Below are positions 44,410 to 53,531 of a stretch of 54,154 bases of DNA, piece after piece (positions within the stretch are counted from its first letter, which is position 1; each line of letters opens with the position of its first letter). The position numbers and the translations under genes are program-made. The stretch is taken from contig JAYEIA010000298.1 in assembly GCA_034659855.1 (NCBI GenBank), positions 1 to 54,154 on the forward strand, given 5' to 3'. Under the pieces are notes generated by a model, which saw only the letters and a list, made by a program, of their open reading frames with translations, was not told where the DNA came from and did no database searches. Origin of the DNA: Bacteroidota bacterium. GTDB taxonomy: Bacteria; Bacteroidota; Bacteroidia; Bacteroidales; JAADGE01.

Positions 44410-47037
44410 TTAAAATTTAAAAGTCAAACTAATGTGATGATTCTGTTTGTTTTGATATAACATAGAAGCCAGCTCCCCTGAAGCTGAATCTAATCCCGGA
44501 GAAAAGTATTCTTTATCCAAGATATTAAAAACGGAATATTGAATGCTGAGTCCTGTTTTTTTATGCGTATAGCTAATTGCTCCGTTTGTGATTATATAAG
44601 CCGGAAAATATTCTGTATTTGTAGGAACAGTTGTATTGTAGCCTGTTATCCTTTCAGAAATATAGTTTGCTCTTAAATTAATATTCAGGCGGTTGAAAAA
44701 TAAATAGTTTATACCGACATTGATCTGATGATCGGCAATGTCACTGATACGCAGTTTTTCGTAGGCATTTCCCAAGCTATCAGAAAGCGGATTGCCCTCC
44801 TCGTCAAGTGGGTTCAATGTATATGGATTTGTATAAGTGTAGTTGGCGTATATATTAAGGTTTCCTTGCCTATAATCGGCAAAAGCATTAATGCCCTGAA
44901 TTTCTGCTTGTCCGATGGCTTGGTTTTGGTTTGTGCTTTCTCCGTCGGGGAGTTCAACGTTTACTTCTTGTATAATGTTGCTGTAATTGGCATGATAAAA
45001 CGAGGAGCTGATTTTAAGCTGATTATTAAAAAAGTGTTTTCCAATAACAAATTCATAATTTTTCACTTTTTCCGGTTTAAGAAATGGGTTGGCCAGTTCT
45101 CTTTTATCTTCTGCCGTAGAGTATTTTTCTTTGTTGGTTGCATCTTTAAATGCTTCTGCATAAATAGCTTTTATTGTATATGAACCGGGAGTATATACAA
45201 TAGCAAGTCTGGGGTTGAAGCTGTTTCCGTAGCCTTGGGTTTCTCTCACTTTGTTGTTGTCGAAACGTGCACCAAGAGTTAATTGTAGATTGTCTATCGG
45301 ACGTATTCCTGCTTGAACATATACTCCGAGGTCTCGGGAAAAAAATTGGTTGCCTCCGGGTATATTCGTTCCTGCAACTCCTTGTTCTTGGGCACTGTCA
45401 GAACTGAATGAATAGTAATCGCCTTGTACCGAGCTAAATCTGGCTTCGAAACCGGAAACTATATCCAGCCACTGCCTGTGTTGGTAGAGTAGTTTCAGCT
45501 CTTCTCTCAGTTGATTTGATTTTTGGAATAAGTAGTAATTAATCGGTTCGGGAACTACACCGGTTAACAGTTGCGGCAATCCGAAATTGCCTAAGTAGTA
45601 TCGGGCCGGCAAAAGAACCACGTTGTTTTCTTTACCAAAAGTATGCGTTTTAAATCGTGTAAAACTGGATATATTCAAGTTTGAATTGATGTCTTTATCA
45701 TATTTTGCATACATATAATTATGGATGGGGTTCCAAGTCCCTCCTTCTCCGGTGGTCAGGAAAATAAGATCATTATATTGGGTACCGGTTCCTTCGGATT
45801 TATTCCAAGAGCTCCAGCCGAGTATGAAGTCATAAATTTGCAGTTTGGCATTAATTGAGTAGGCTTCAGTTTTATCTTTGTAGTTTACAGAATTATACAC
45901 CGAGTTGTCTGCATCAATAGCCTGTCGGATTCCTGTGTTGGTCGGGGTAATAATAGTACTGTCAGCATTTATGGTGTACAAATCACTTGCCTGCGGGTTT
46001 TGAATCATAAAATTTTGCACATTATCGTAGCCGTTGATGCTCAGAACAGAACGAAAATGGTCTTCATGCTCCTCCATGGTGTATGAAGCAAAATCGTGCT
46101 CAGACTTATCCGACAGGTCTTGTTCGTCGGACAGGAAAAGCCTTCCCGTTACAGAAAAAACAATGTTTCCGGTGTTGTTTTTGATAGCCAGCGACCCATC
46201 TGCAAACTTTGTATTATATGAGCCATATCCAATCCGTGTATTTAATGCGATATTGTTATTTTCTGTGAAAAAATCTTTCGGGTCTTTAGTTATAATATTA
46301 ATAGCTCCCAAAAAAGCATTGGAGCCGTACATTGTGGAAGCCGGGCCGTATATTACTTCAATACTTTTAATATTGCTCATGGCATATTGCCTCGACAAAT
46401 ACACATTGCTTGACCAGAGGTCATTTTCTTCTATTCCGTCAATAAGAAAGAGTGTTCGGTTTGTATTAATCGAGCGATAGCCCCTTTGATAAATGTGTGA
46501 ATACAGATTTCCGTTGGAGCGAGAAATGTCAAACCCCGGTAAGTCGTGAATAACTGCTTCCAAGTCGAGGTATCCTCTTCGTTCAATTTGTTTGCCGGAA
46601 AGTAATAAAGCGGTAGCCGGAGTTTCATCAATATTTTCCTTCTTTTTTGAGATACTTGTTATGGTGGTTTGATCCGTCCTTTGTTTTATGTCTGATATAA
46701 TATTGATAAACTTTATCGGATCGGATGAATAGGTCGGCTGATAATTTGGATTGACATCAAGGAGTTTTGCAGCATAGTATGAGGCTAAACTGTCATTCTC
46801 TATTTCAAAGTATATTTTACTGATTAGACTTAAAGCCTCGATTTGTTTTTTTCTGTCAAAATTATTAATGCAATCATCAAGCATATCAATGGCTTCATAG
46901 AAAATTCCGGAATTAAATTTCTTTTTGGCATCTTCAATTTCAGTCCATCCGCAATTACCGGAGTTTTGTGCAGAAGATATACTCGGTAAAAGTAAAAATA
47001 TTGAGGAAAGGATTATTATGTATGTATATTTTCTCAT
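44410..47037 (-). CDS. TonB-dependent receptor with N-terminal TPR-like helical domain
   Basis: Signal peptide, helical repeat, plug (YQRG, FLIDG, IEVIYGPASTMYGSNAFLGAINIIT), LKPEKV, C-terminal Phe. Confidence 0.93.
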   Translation of the reverse strand: MRKYTYIIILSSIFLLLPSISSAQNSGNCGWTEIEDAKKKFNSGIFYEAIDMLDDCINNFDRKKQIEALSLISKIYFEIENDSLASYYAAKLLDVNPNYQPTYSSDPIKFINIISDIKQRTDQTTITSISKKKENIDETPATALLLSGKQIERRGYLDLEAVIHDLPGFDISRSNGNLYSHIYQRGYRSINTNRTLFLIDGIEENDLWSSNVYLSRQYAMSNIKSIEVIYGPASTMYGSNAFLGAINIITKDPKDFFTENNNIALNTRIGYGSYNTKFADGSLAIKNNTGNIVFSVTGRLFLSDEQDLSDKSEHDFASYTMEEHEDHFRSVLSINGYDNVQNFMIQNPQASDLYTINADSTIITPTNTGIRQAIDADNSVYNSVNYKDKTEAYSINAKLQIYDFILGWSSWNKSEGTGTQYNDLIFLTTGEGGTWNPIHNYMYAKYDKDINSNLNISSFTRFKTHTFGKENNVVLLPARYYLGNFGLPQLLTGVVPEPINYYLFQKSNQLREELKLLYQHRQWLDIVSGFEARFSSVQGDYYSFSSDSAQEQGVAGTNIPGGNQFFSRDLGVYVQAGIRPIDNLQLTLGARFDNNKVRETQGYGNSFNPRLAIVYTPGSYTIKAIYAEAFKDATNKEKYSTAEDKRELANPFLKPEKVKNYEFVIGKHFFNNQLKISSSFYHANYSNIIQEVNVELPDGESTNQNQAIGQAEIQGINAFADYRQGNLNIYANYTYTNPYTLNPLDEEGNPLSDSLGNAYEKLRISDIADHQINVGINYLFFNRLNINLRANYISERITGYNTTVPTNTEYFPAYIITNGAISYTHKKTGLSIQYSVFNILDKEYFSPGLDSASGELASMLYQNKQNHHISLTFKF

Positions 47038-47104
47038 TCTGATCAGACTTTAATTTATGTGTTTAACCTCCGGCTCTCCAAAGTTACTTATCTTCGGACA
47101 GATT

Positions 47105-50100
47105 CTACTGATTACTTTCCGGTTTCTCAATATCCGACCCGATGAACCGTTCCCAGTTTTTATCACTGATTTCAGTCGTTATTTTGTTTTTTACTGAGCG
47201 GAGTAATTTATCTATATCAATATTTATTAATTCTATGCTGTTGTCGTCGTAGGTTGCCAGAATTACGCTTTTGTTTCTTGATAAATCTATGGAGTGAACC
47301 CAAGAATGTTCCGGTTCTATAATCGTGGCGTAGTCAAAGTTATTGTATGACCAAATTTTTATAGATTTGTCATACCCGCATGTATAGAGCCTCTCTGAAT
47401 CATCGTCATAAACCAAACTGTTGACAGTAGACTTATGGGCGTAAAATTCCTTTTTGATTTTTTGATTGGCAATGATTAAAACTTTTCCTGTACTTGTTGC
47501 TGCAAGCAAGTCGTTATTTTTACCCCATTCGATTGAGCTTAACAGGCTTTCTATCGTAATTTGTGTATCAATATTAAATGGTTTTGATACGTTAAACGTC
47601 AGAATAGTTCCGGTTTTTTCGGCGACGGCAATTTTAGTAAAATTAGCATTGACGGCAATATCCACTAAATTTGTCTCAGTATTTTTAATGAGGAACTGTT
47701 CATGAGTCCCGGTAATATTTTGATGAAAGATAATCTTTCCGCTGTTTCCGATTGATATTGCATTGGTATTGGAAACAAAAATTAGATCTTGGAGAGAATG
47801 AGAGGAGGTGTTGAGAATTTTCAGTGTATTATTCGATTTTTTAAGTAATAAAATATCTCCGTTATCCATACCAAAAACGGTGCTTTTCCCGTCGGGGCTA
47901 TAGGCAAAACATTTAATAAAATGTGTTTTGGATTTGGTGTATATGTCTTTCAAATAATAAACAGTTATGAGTTTTCCGTCGGGGGCGAATTTTCGTATTG
48001 AGCCGTCATCCGAGATAGTAATAAATTCACTGTTGTCGGGCGAATACATACCGCCCCTTACAGCCGCAGAATGTCCTTCGGGACTGCGTATTAAAACATT
48101 TTCTTCGGCAATCAGGGATAGAGCATTGAATATTTCTGAGTCGTATTCTTCTTGCTCAGATGCATTGAAGAATTGGTGGGCGAATGAGACCAATTGATAA
48201 GGAAGTTGTTCCTGCTTCGCGGTTAATCGTTTTGCTTTTTTATTATCGTTAAATATTTTTGCGGCTTGGATAGCCAATGATTTTGAAGTGGATAATTTTC
48301 TGGCTGCCACAGCATTTTTTTCAGACTCGATAGCTTTTAGGCGTTGTTCAATTGCAACTTTTTCTCGTTCCAGTGCAAGGTTTTTTAAATTTTTTGCAAT
48401 ATTTAATAAGGTGTCAACCTTCTTCTTCTCTTTGGTTACTTGTTTGGTTGCTTTTACGGCTCTGGTTTTTTCTCTGTCGGCAATTGCTCGTTGAACAACG
48501 GCAACTTCTTTTTGATCTTCAGCCAATAAACGTTGTTGTTGGGCAATTTGTTTTTGTTGGTTGGCAATTAATCCATTAGCAATGGCATCACGTTTTTGTT
48601 CCTCCGCATATTTGCTTTTTGAGAGTGCAATTTTTTCATTTTCTTTGGCTTTGTTTTCACTGGCTTCAGCTTTTATTTTCAGGTTCATGGCAACAATGAG
48701 AAACATTATTGAAATTAATGAGGCCGAACCTAAGAAAAAAGCAACTATTCGTGTTCTTTTAATTTGCTTTTTTTGTTTTTCTTCCTTGGCGAGCAACATT
48801 TTTTTATACTCTTTATCGCTGTATTTTATATAAAGAAGTACCCGTTCAAAAGCCGGGTCATAGCGCTCAGCCCAAAATTGATTCGGTGCATTTTCTTCAA
48901 CCCATTGCAAAGCTAATTGAAGGTCCGGATTAGTGAGCAATCCTCCTTTCCCGGCCTGGTAGAGTTCGGCTGACTTAGACAGTCTGAGGTAGGTTTGTGC
49001 CGATTCAGTTTCTTGTGAAACCCAGGTTGCAAGCCTGTCCCAAACCTTCATAATACTTTCATGAGAAATGTCCAATATAGAGTCGGCCGATAAAGTGGTG
49101 TGTATGTCAGGCATTAAAAAACTATTACCCTCTTCTCTGAACTTTTTAGTTACGGAAATTATATCGGCCGGGTTTGTTCCGGTAATTTTAGAAATTTCGT
49201 TAATAGTTGCCGGTCGTCGTATGCCTTTTTTGTCATCACCGAGTTCTGTTAATGACTTAAATATTCGCTCGAGGGTTATGCGGTCTTCTTCCTTTTCAAT
49301 TGAATTATATATAGCTTCGGCATGACTTGATAATGCTTTGGTTACCGTGCCAACAGCCTCATAATGATTAATATCAAGCGCTGCATTGGGCGGGGAATGT
49401 AACAATTTATAATCCCATGTACGCATCATGGCATGTTGCAGTACCAGTAAATTATCTCCATTTGAACTGATATCCTTTTGCAGTTGTTTTATCAGACGGT
49501 CAGTAATTTCAACACCCAAAGTTTTTGCGGGCTCTGTTATGGACTCCATTTTTTGTTGTTGAGTCATTTTGGGTATGAGGTAATGTCCAATATTTATTGC
49601 TTCGGACAGTCCGGAAAAAAATGAGCACTCACCCAAAAAATCAGACCGTAATGATAATATGACATAGAAATTTTTATTTTCACAATGAATGGCATCAAGC
49701 AAAAGGCTTACAAAGCGATCGGCATTATTTTCCGAATCTTTATTTTGCGAGTCATTTTTGTATCTGAAAAGTTCTTCGAACTGATCAATATATAGCAATA
49801 CATTCTTGTTGTGCTCAGTATTTTCAAATAACTCAGACAGGCTAAGTTCATTGTTTAAAAAACGGGATTTTATTTTTCTGATGCTCCCGATTCTACTGCC
49901 ATTTTCAGTTTTAATTATTCTGTGGAGTTGCAAAGCCAAATTACCAATGGGGTCGTCCCCCGGTCTCGAAACAGCAACACTCCATTTTTCCTTTTTTTGA
50001 ATGATTTGAGGAATAAGTCCGGCTTTTATCAGTGAGGATTTACCACTTCCTGAAGCACCGGATATCGCAACAAAATTTGAGCTTTTCAAAATATGAGACA

Positions 50101-50209
50101 GTTCCCTAATTTGTTTATCTCTTCCATAAAACAAATTGCTCTCACTAATATTGAAGCTCCTAATTCCCGGATAAGGGTTTCTGTTTGAAATGGTTTGGCT
50201 TACTGACAT
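47105..50209 (-). CDS. nSTAND1-type NTPase + TM helix + coiled coil + WD40 propeller
   Basis: NPYPGIRSF, Walker A GASGSGKSS, Walker B YIDQFEELF, LRSDF, ISHES...W; hydrophobic helix; WD40 repeats (GHSAAV, AHKSTV...DKSIKIW). Confidence 0.9.
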   Translation of the reverse strand: MSVSQTISNRNPYPGIRSFNISESNLFYGRDKQIRELSHILKSSNFVAISGASGSGKSSLIKAGLIPQIIQKKEKWSVAVSRPGDDPIGNLALQLHRIIKTENGSRIGSIRKIKSRFLNNELSLSELFENTEHNKNVLLYIDQFEELFRYKNDSQNKDSENNADRFVSLLLDAIHCENKNFYVILSLRSDFLGECSFFSGLSEAINIGHYLIPKMTQQQKMESITEPAKTLGVEITDRLIKQLQKDISSNGDNLLVLQHAMMRTWDYKLLHSPPNAALDINHYEAVGTVTKALSSHAEAIYNSIEKEEDRITLERIFKSLTELGDDKKGIRRPATINEISKITGTNPADIISVTKKFREEGNSFLMPDIHTTLSADSILDISHESIMKVWDRLATWVSQETESAQTYLRLSKSAELYQAGKGGLLTNPDLQLALQWVEENAPNQFWAERYDPAFERVLLYIKYSDKEYKKMLLAKEEKQKKQIKRTRIVAFFLGSASLISIMFLIVAMNLKIKAEASENKAKENEKIALSKSKYAEEQKRDAIANGLIANQQKQIAQQQRLLAEDQKEVAVVQRAIADREKTRAVKATKQVTKEKKKVDTLLNIAKNLKNLALEREKVAIEQRLKAIESEKNAVAARKLSTSKSLAIQAAKIFNDNKKAKRLTAKQEQLPYQLVSFAHQFFNASEQEEYDSEIFNALSLIAEENVLIRSPEGHSAAVRGGMYSPDNSEFITISDDGSIRKFAPDGKLITVYYLKDIYTKSKTHFIKCFAYSPDGKSTVFGMDNGDILLLKKSNNTLKILNTSSHSLQDLIFVSNTNAISIGNSGKIIFHQNITGTHEQFLIKNTETNLVDIAVNANFTKIAVAEKTGTILTFNVSKPFNIDTQITIESLLSSIEWGKNNDLLAATSTGKVLIIANQKIKKEFYAHKSTVNSLVYDDDSERLYTCGYDKSIKIWSYNNFDYATIIEPEHSWVHSIDLSRNKSVILATYDDNSIELINIDIDKLLRSVKNKITTEISDKNWERFIGSDIEKPESNQ

Positions 50210-50319
50210 TATTTTTAGTTACGTTCAACTATATTTGAATCGGAATGATTATGGATATTTCTTTTTGCCTTTTTGAACCTTGCAATAGAAAACTGTTCTG
50301 TTTTGGTAATTACTCAACA

Positions 50320-50327
50320 CAAATATA
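50320..50327 (-). promoter_or_regulatory. Candidate -7 box for the STAND operon
   Basis: TATATTTG on the minus strand about 110 nt upstream of the STAND start. Confidence 0.45.
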
Positions 50328-50513
50328 ATTCCGGATTCAGGCTTATCCGGAATGTTTTTTACATTTAATGAAATGTTAAGTTAGAAATGTGTAAAATGTA
50401 ATTATCTCAAATATATTAATGTATTACTTTTTGGTAATATTTAAACTTTATTAAAGATAATAAATAAATTCCATGCCAATGATTTTTTTTGATGAAATAA
50501 ACAAAATGCCTTA

Positions 50514-50909
50514 TTATTGAGTATTAGTTTTCCAAACCTTATATTTTTCCAAATCGGCAGAAATCATTTTAATACAGCTGCCCATAATCACGGCATCGTC
50601 AATATAACCCACTCCGGGAATAAAATCGGGTATAATATCAATGGGGTTTAAAACATAGAGAAGAGAGCCTGCTACAGCCGTTATGGTCCACCATGGAACA
50701 GACTTGTATTTCCCGAGATAGTTATCTTTCAACATAGAAAAAAGGAGCTTAAAATCAGATACAAATGATTTCAAGGAATCATTTTTGATAAACTTGTTTT
50801 GAATGGCATCTTCTTTTTTTATAATTGTGGTTATGTCTGCTTTGGTGATTTCATCGGCGTTGTGCGTAATTTTATTTTCAGCTTGTTCGGGACTTATTTT
50901 CTTTAACAT
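50514..50909 (-). CDS. YkvA/DUF1232 family small membrane protein
   Basis: LLYVLNPIDIIPDFIPGVGYIDD. Confidence 0.92.
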   Translation of the reverse strand: MLKKISPEQAENKITHNADEITKADITTIIKKEDAIQNKFIKNDSLKSFVSDFKLLFSMLKDNYLGKYKSVPWWTITAVAGSLLYVLNPIDIIPDFIPGVGYIDDAVIMGSCIKMISADLEKYKVWKTNTQ

Positions 50910-51006
50910 ATGCGATAACTCATTGGTTCAATCAGTAAATAAATGAAAAAATTATATCAAAAGGAAATTTTAAATAATCATTTTTTTGAGATTCTTTGTT
51001 TTTATC

Positions 51007-51014
51007 TATGTTTG
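51007..51014 (+). promoter_or_regulatory. Candidate -7 box for priA
   Basis: TATGTTTG 18 nt before the TTG start. Confidence 0.55.
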
Positions 51015-51032
51015 TAATAAATACCTTAGACT

Positions 51033-53507
51033 TTGGAAGAGAATAAACGATTTATAGATGTAATACTGCCTTTGCCTTTGAAGCAATTATATACCTATGA
51101 GGTTTCTGAAGCCGCAGACAGAATTCAGGCCGGCATGCGGGTTGTGGTTCCTTTCGGGAAAAGAAAACTATACACCGGTTTGGTTAAAAGTGTTAGTAAT
51201 CAACGGCCCCACTATGCCACAAAGGAGGTGCTTTCGGTCTTGGATGATTATCCTATTGTTTCTGAATTACAGCTGAAGTTTTGGGATTGGGTTGCGGATT
51301 ACTATATGTGCAATCCGGGAGATGTATATAAAGCGTCAATGCCGGCGGGGATGAAACCTGAGGGCGAGACTGTTTTATCTTTAAATGAAATTGAAGATTT
51401 AAGTTCGCTGACTGAAAAAGAGCAAAAGATTGTCGGGATTTTAGCTCAAAAAGAAAAACTGACCTTGTCCGGTTTACGCAGTGAGTTAGATTTTAGTGGA
51501 TTGTATGTCTTGAATAAGTTGAAGGATAAAAATATTATTTCAGTAAAAGAGCAACTCAAGGAAAGCTATAAAGCTAAAACCAGAAAATTTCTGAAACTTT
51601 CAGAATCGTTATTAAATCAAGGGGTTACGCCGGCTGTAGACGATGAATTGGGACGAGCTTATAAGCAAAAAGAGGCCTTGGAGCATATTGTTTCTTCTGT
51701 ACAACAAGCCAAGAAAGACAGTCTTTTGTCCAAAGGGTTTGTTCTGAAAAGTGAGATTAAGGATAGCTTCGGAGTAAGCTCAGCTATACTCAGAGAATTA
51801 GTTAAAAAAGAATATTTTGAGGAGTATGAGCAGGAAATAGACCGCTTGAATTATAACAAAACCGGTGAATCAAAACGGGCTGAATTATCGGAACACCAAA
51901 ACAAAGCGCTTTCGGAAATAAGAGAAGGCTACAAAGAAAAAGATGTTGTATTGCTTCACGGGGTAACGTCTTCGGGAAAAACGGAGCTGTATATTGAATT
52001 AATAGAGGAGCAAATTAAAGCAGGCAAGCAAGTGTTGTATTTACTGCCCGAGATAGCTTTGTCAACGCAAATCATTGAACGATTACGGCATGTTTTTGGG
52101 AGTAGAGTGGGAGTGTATCATTCTAAATACAGCGATGCAGAGCGTACAGAAGTTTGGCGAGATATTTGTCCGGCCTATGAGAATAATAAGTACCAAATTA
52201 TTTTGGGCGTTAGGTCTTCCGTTTTTTTACCTTTTGATAATTTAGGTTTAATAATTGTAGATGAAGAGCATGAAAACACTTACAAACAATATCAGCCGGC
52301 TCCGCGCTACCATGCCGCCAATCTTTCCGTTGTATTGGCCAAATTTCATGAGGCCAAAGTACTTTTAGGAACGGCAACACCAAGTATTGAGTCCTATTAC
52401 AATGCCGCTACCGGAAAATATGTATTGGTAGAATTGACGCAGAGGTACAGAAATATACAATTACCTGAAATAATTGTGGCCGACAGGAAAGAAGCTTACC
52501 GAAAGAAAATGATGAAGTCGGTGTTTACGCCTGAGTTATACAGAGCCATAAAAGAGAGCCTCAAAAATGGCGAACAAGTGATATTATTTCAAAACAGGAG
52601 AGGGTATGCTCCTTTTTTGCAGTGTAAGTCATGTGGTGATGTACCCCGTTGCGAGCATTGTGATGTGAGTCTGACTTATCATAAATTTTCAAACCGGCTG
52701 GTGTGTCATTATTGCGGATTTTCATACGACAGACCTGAGGTATGTAACGCCTGCGGAAAAGATGAATTAAAAACGGCCGGTTTCGGAACTGAAAAAATTG
52801 AATCGGAGACACAAAAATTGTTTCCGTCGGCGAATATTATCCGGATGGATATGGATACGACCGGACGAAAACATTCCTATCAGAAAATAATTGATGATTT
52901 TGGAAACCACAGAGCCGACATACTCATAGGAACTCAAATGGTTTCCAAAGGGCTTGATTTTGATAATGTTGCCGTGGTCGGTATTATGCATGCCGATATG
53001 ATGCTGAATTATCCGGATTTCAGAGCCAACGAACGAGGTTTTCAACTCATGATGCAAGTCAGCGGACGAGCCGGGCGACACAAGAAACGCGGAAAAGTTA
53101 TCATACAGGCCAATAATACGCAGCACCCAATTATTGAGGATGTAAAAACAAATAACTACAAAGCCATGTTTAAGTCGCAAATAGCCGACCGGAAATTATT
53201 TAAATATCCGCCGTATTATCGACTCATATCCATTCGCATAGAGCACAAGAAAAAAAATACAGTCGATAAAGCGGCCGACTTTTTGGCTTCAATTCTTAAA
53301 AATGAATACGGTCAATTAGTTTTAGGTCCGGAGTATCCGCCGGTTTCAAAAGTAAAAAATTGGTATATCAAATTAATTTTATTTAAAATTGACAAAAATT
53401 CGTCTGTCAGGCGATCAAAATTTATTATTAATAAGGCGATAACTCACATAAAACTCAATAGGAATTATCGTTATGTCAGATTTACTCCGGATGTAGATCC
53501 GGTTTAA
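51033..53507 (+). CDS. priA: Primosomal protein N' (replication restart helicase)
   Basis: GVTSSGKTE, DEEHE, QNRRGY, four CxxC zinc motifs, GTQMVSKGLDF, QVSGRAGR. Confidence 0.97.
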   Translation: MEENKRFIDVILPLPLKQLYTYEVSEAADRIQAGMRVVVPFGKRKLYTGLVKSVSNQRPHYATKEVLSVLDDYPIVSELQLKFWDWVADYYMCNPGDVYKASMPAGMKPEGETVLSLNEIEDLSSLTEKEQKIVGILAQKEKLTLSGLRSELDFSGLYVLNKLKDKNIISVKEQLKESYKAKTRKFLKLSESLLNQGVTPAVDDELGRAYKQKEALEHIVSSVQQAKKDSLLSKGFVLKSEIKDSFGVSSAILRELVKKEYFEEYEQEIDRLNYNKTGESKRAELSEHQNKALSEIREGYKEKDVVLLHGVTSSGKTELYIELIEEQIKAGKQVLYLLPEIALSTQIIERLRHVFGSRVGVYHSKYSDAERTEVWRDICPAYENNKYQIILGVRSSVFLPFDNLGLIIVDEEHENTYKQYQPAPRYHAANLSVVLAKFHEAKVLLGTATPSIESYYNAATGKYVLVELTQRYRNIQLPEIIVADRKEAYRKKMMKSVFTPELYRAIKESLKNGEQVILFQNRRGYAPFLQCKSCGDVPRCEHCDVSLTYHKFSNRLVCHYCGFSYDRPEVCNACGKDELKTAGFGTEKIESETQKLFPSANIIRMDMDTTGRKHSYQKIIDDFGNHRADILIGTQMVSKGLDFDNVAVVGIMHADMMLNYPDFRANERGFQLMMQVSGRAGRHKKRGKVIIQANNTQHPIIEDVKTNNYKAMFKSQIADRKLFKYPPYYRLISIRIEHKKKNTVDKAADFLASILKNEYGQLVLGPEYPPVSKVKNWYIKLILFKIDKNSSVRRSKFIINKAITHIKLNRNYRYVRFTPDVDPV

Positions 53508-53531
53508 GTTTAGTATTAACCCAACAATATT

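Noticed and set aside
47105-50209. Calling the STAND gene an Avs anti-phage system
   Set aside because: No effector domain, WD40 rather than TPR sensor, and no defence-island context; cannot be excluded but is not supported.
32805-50209. Prophage or integrative-element origin for the long operon
   Set aside because: No integrase, att-like repeats, tRNA or phage genes are visible, and composition looks similar to the flanks by eye.
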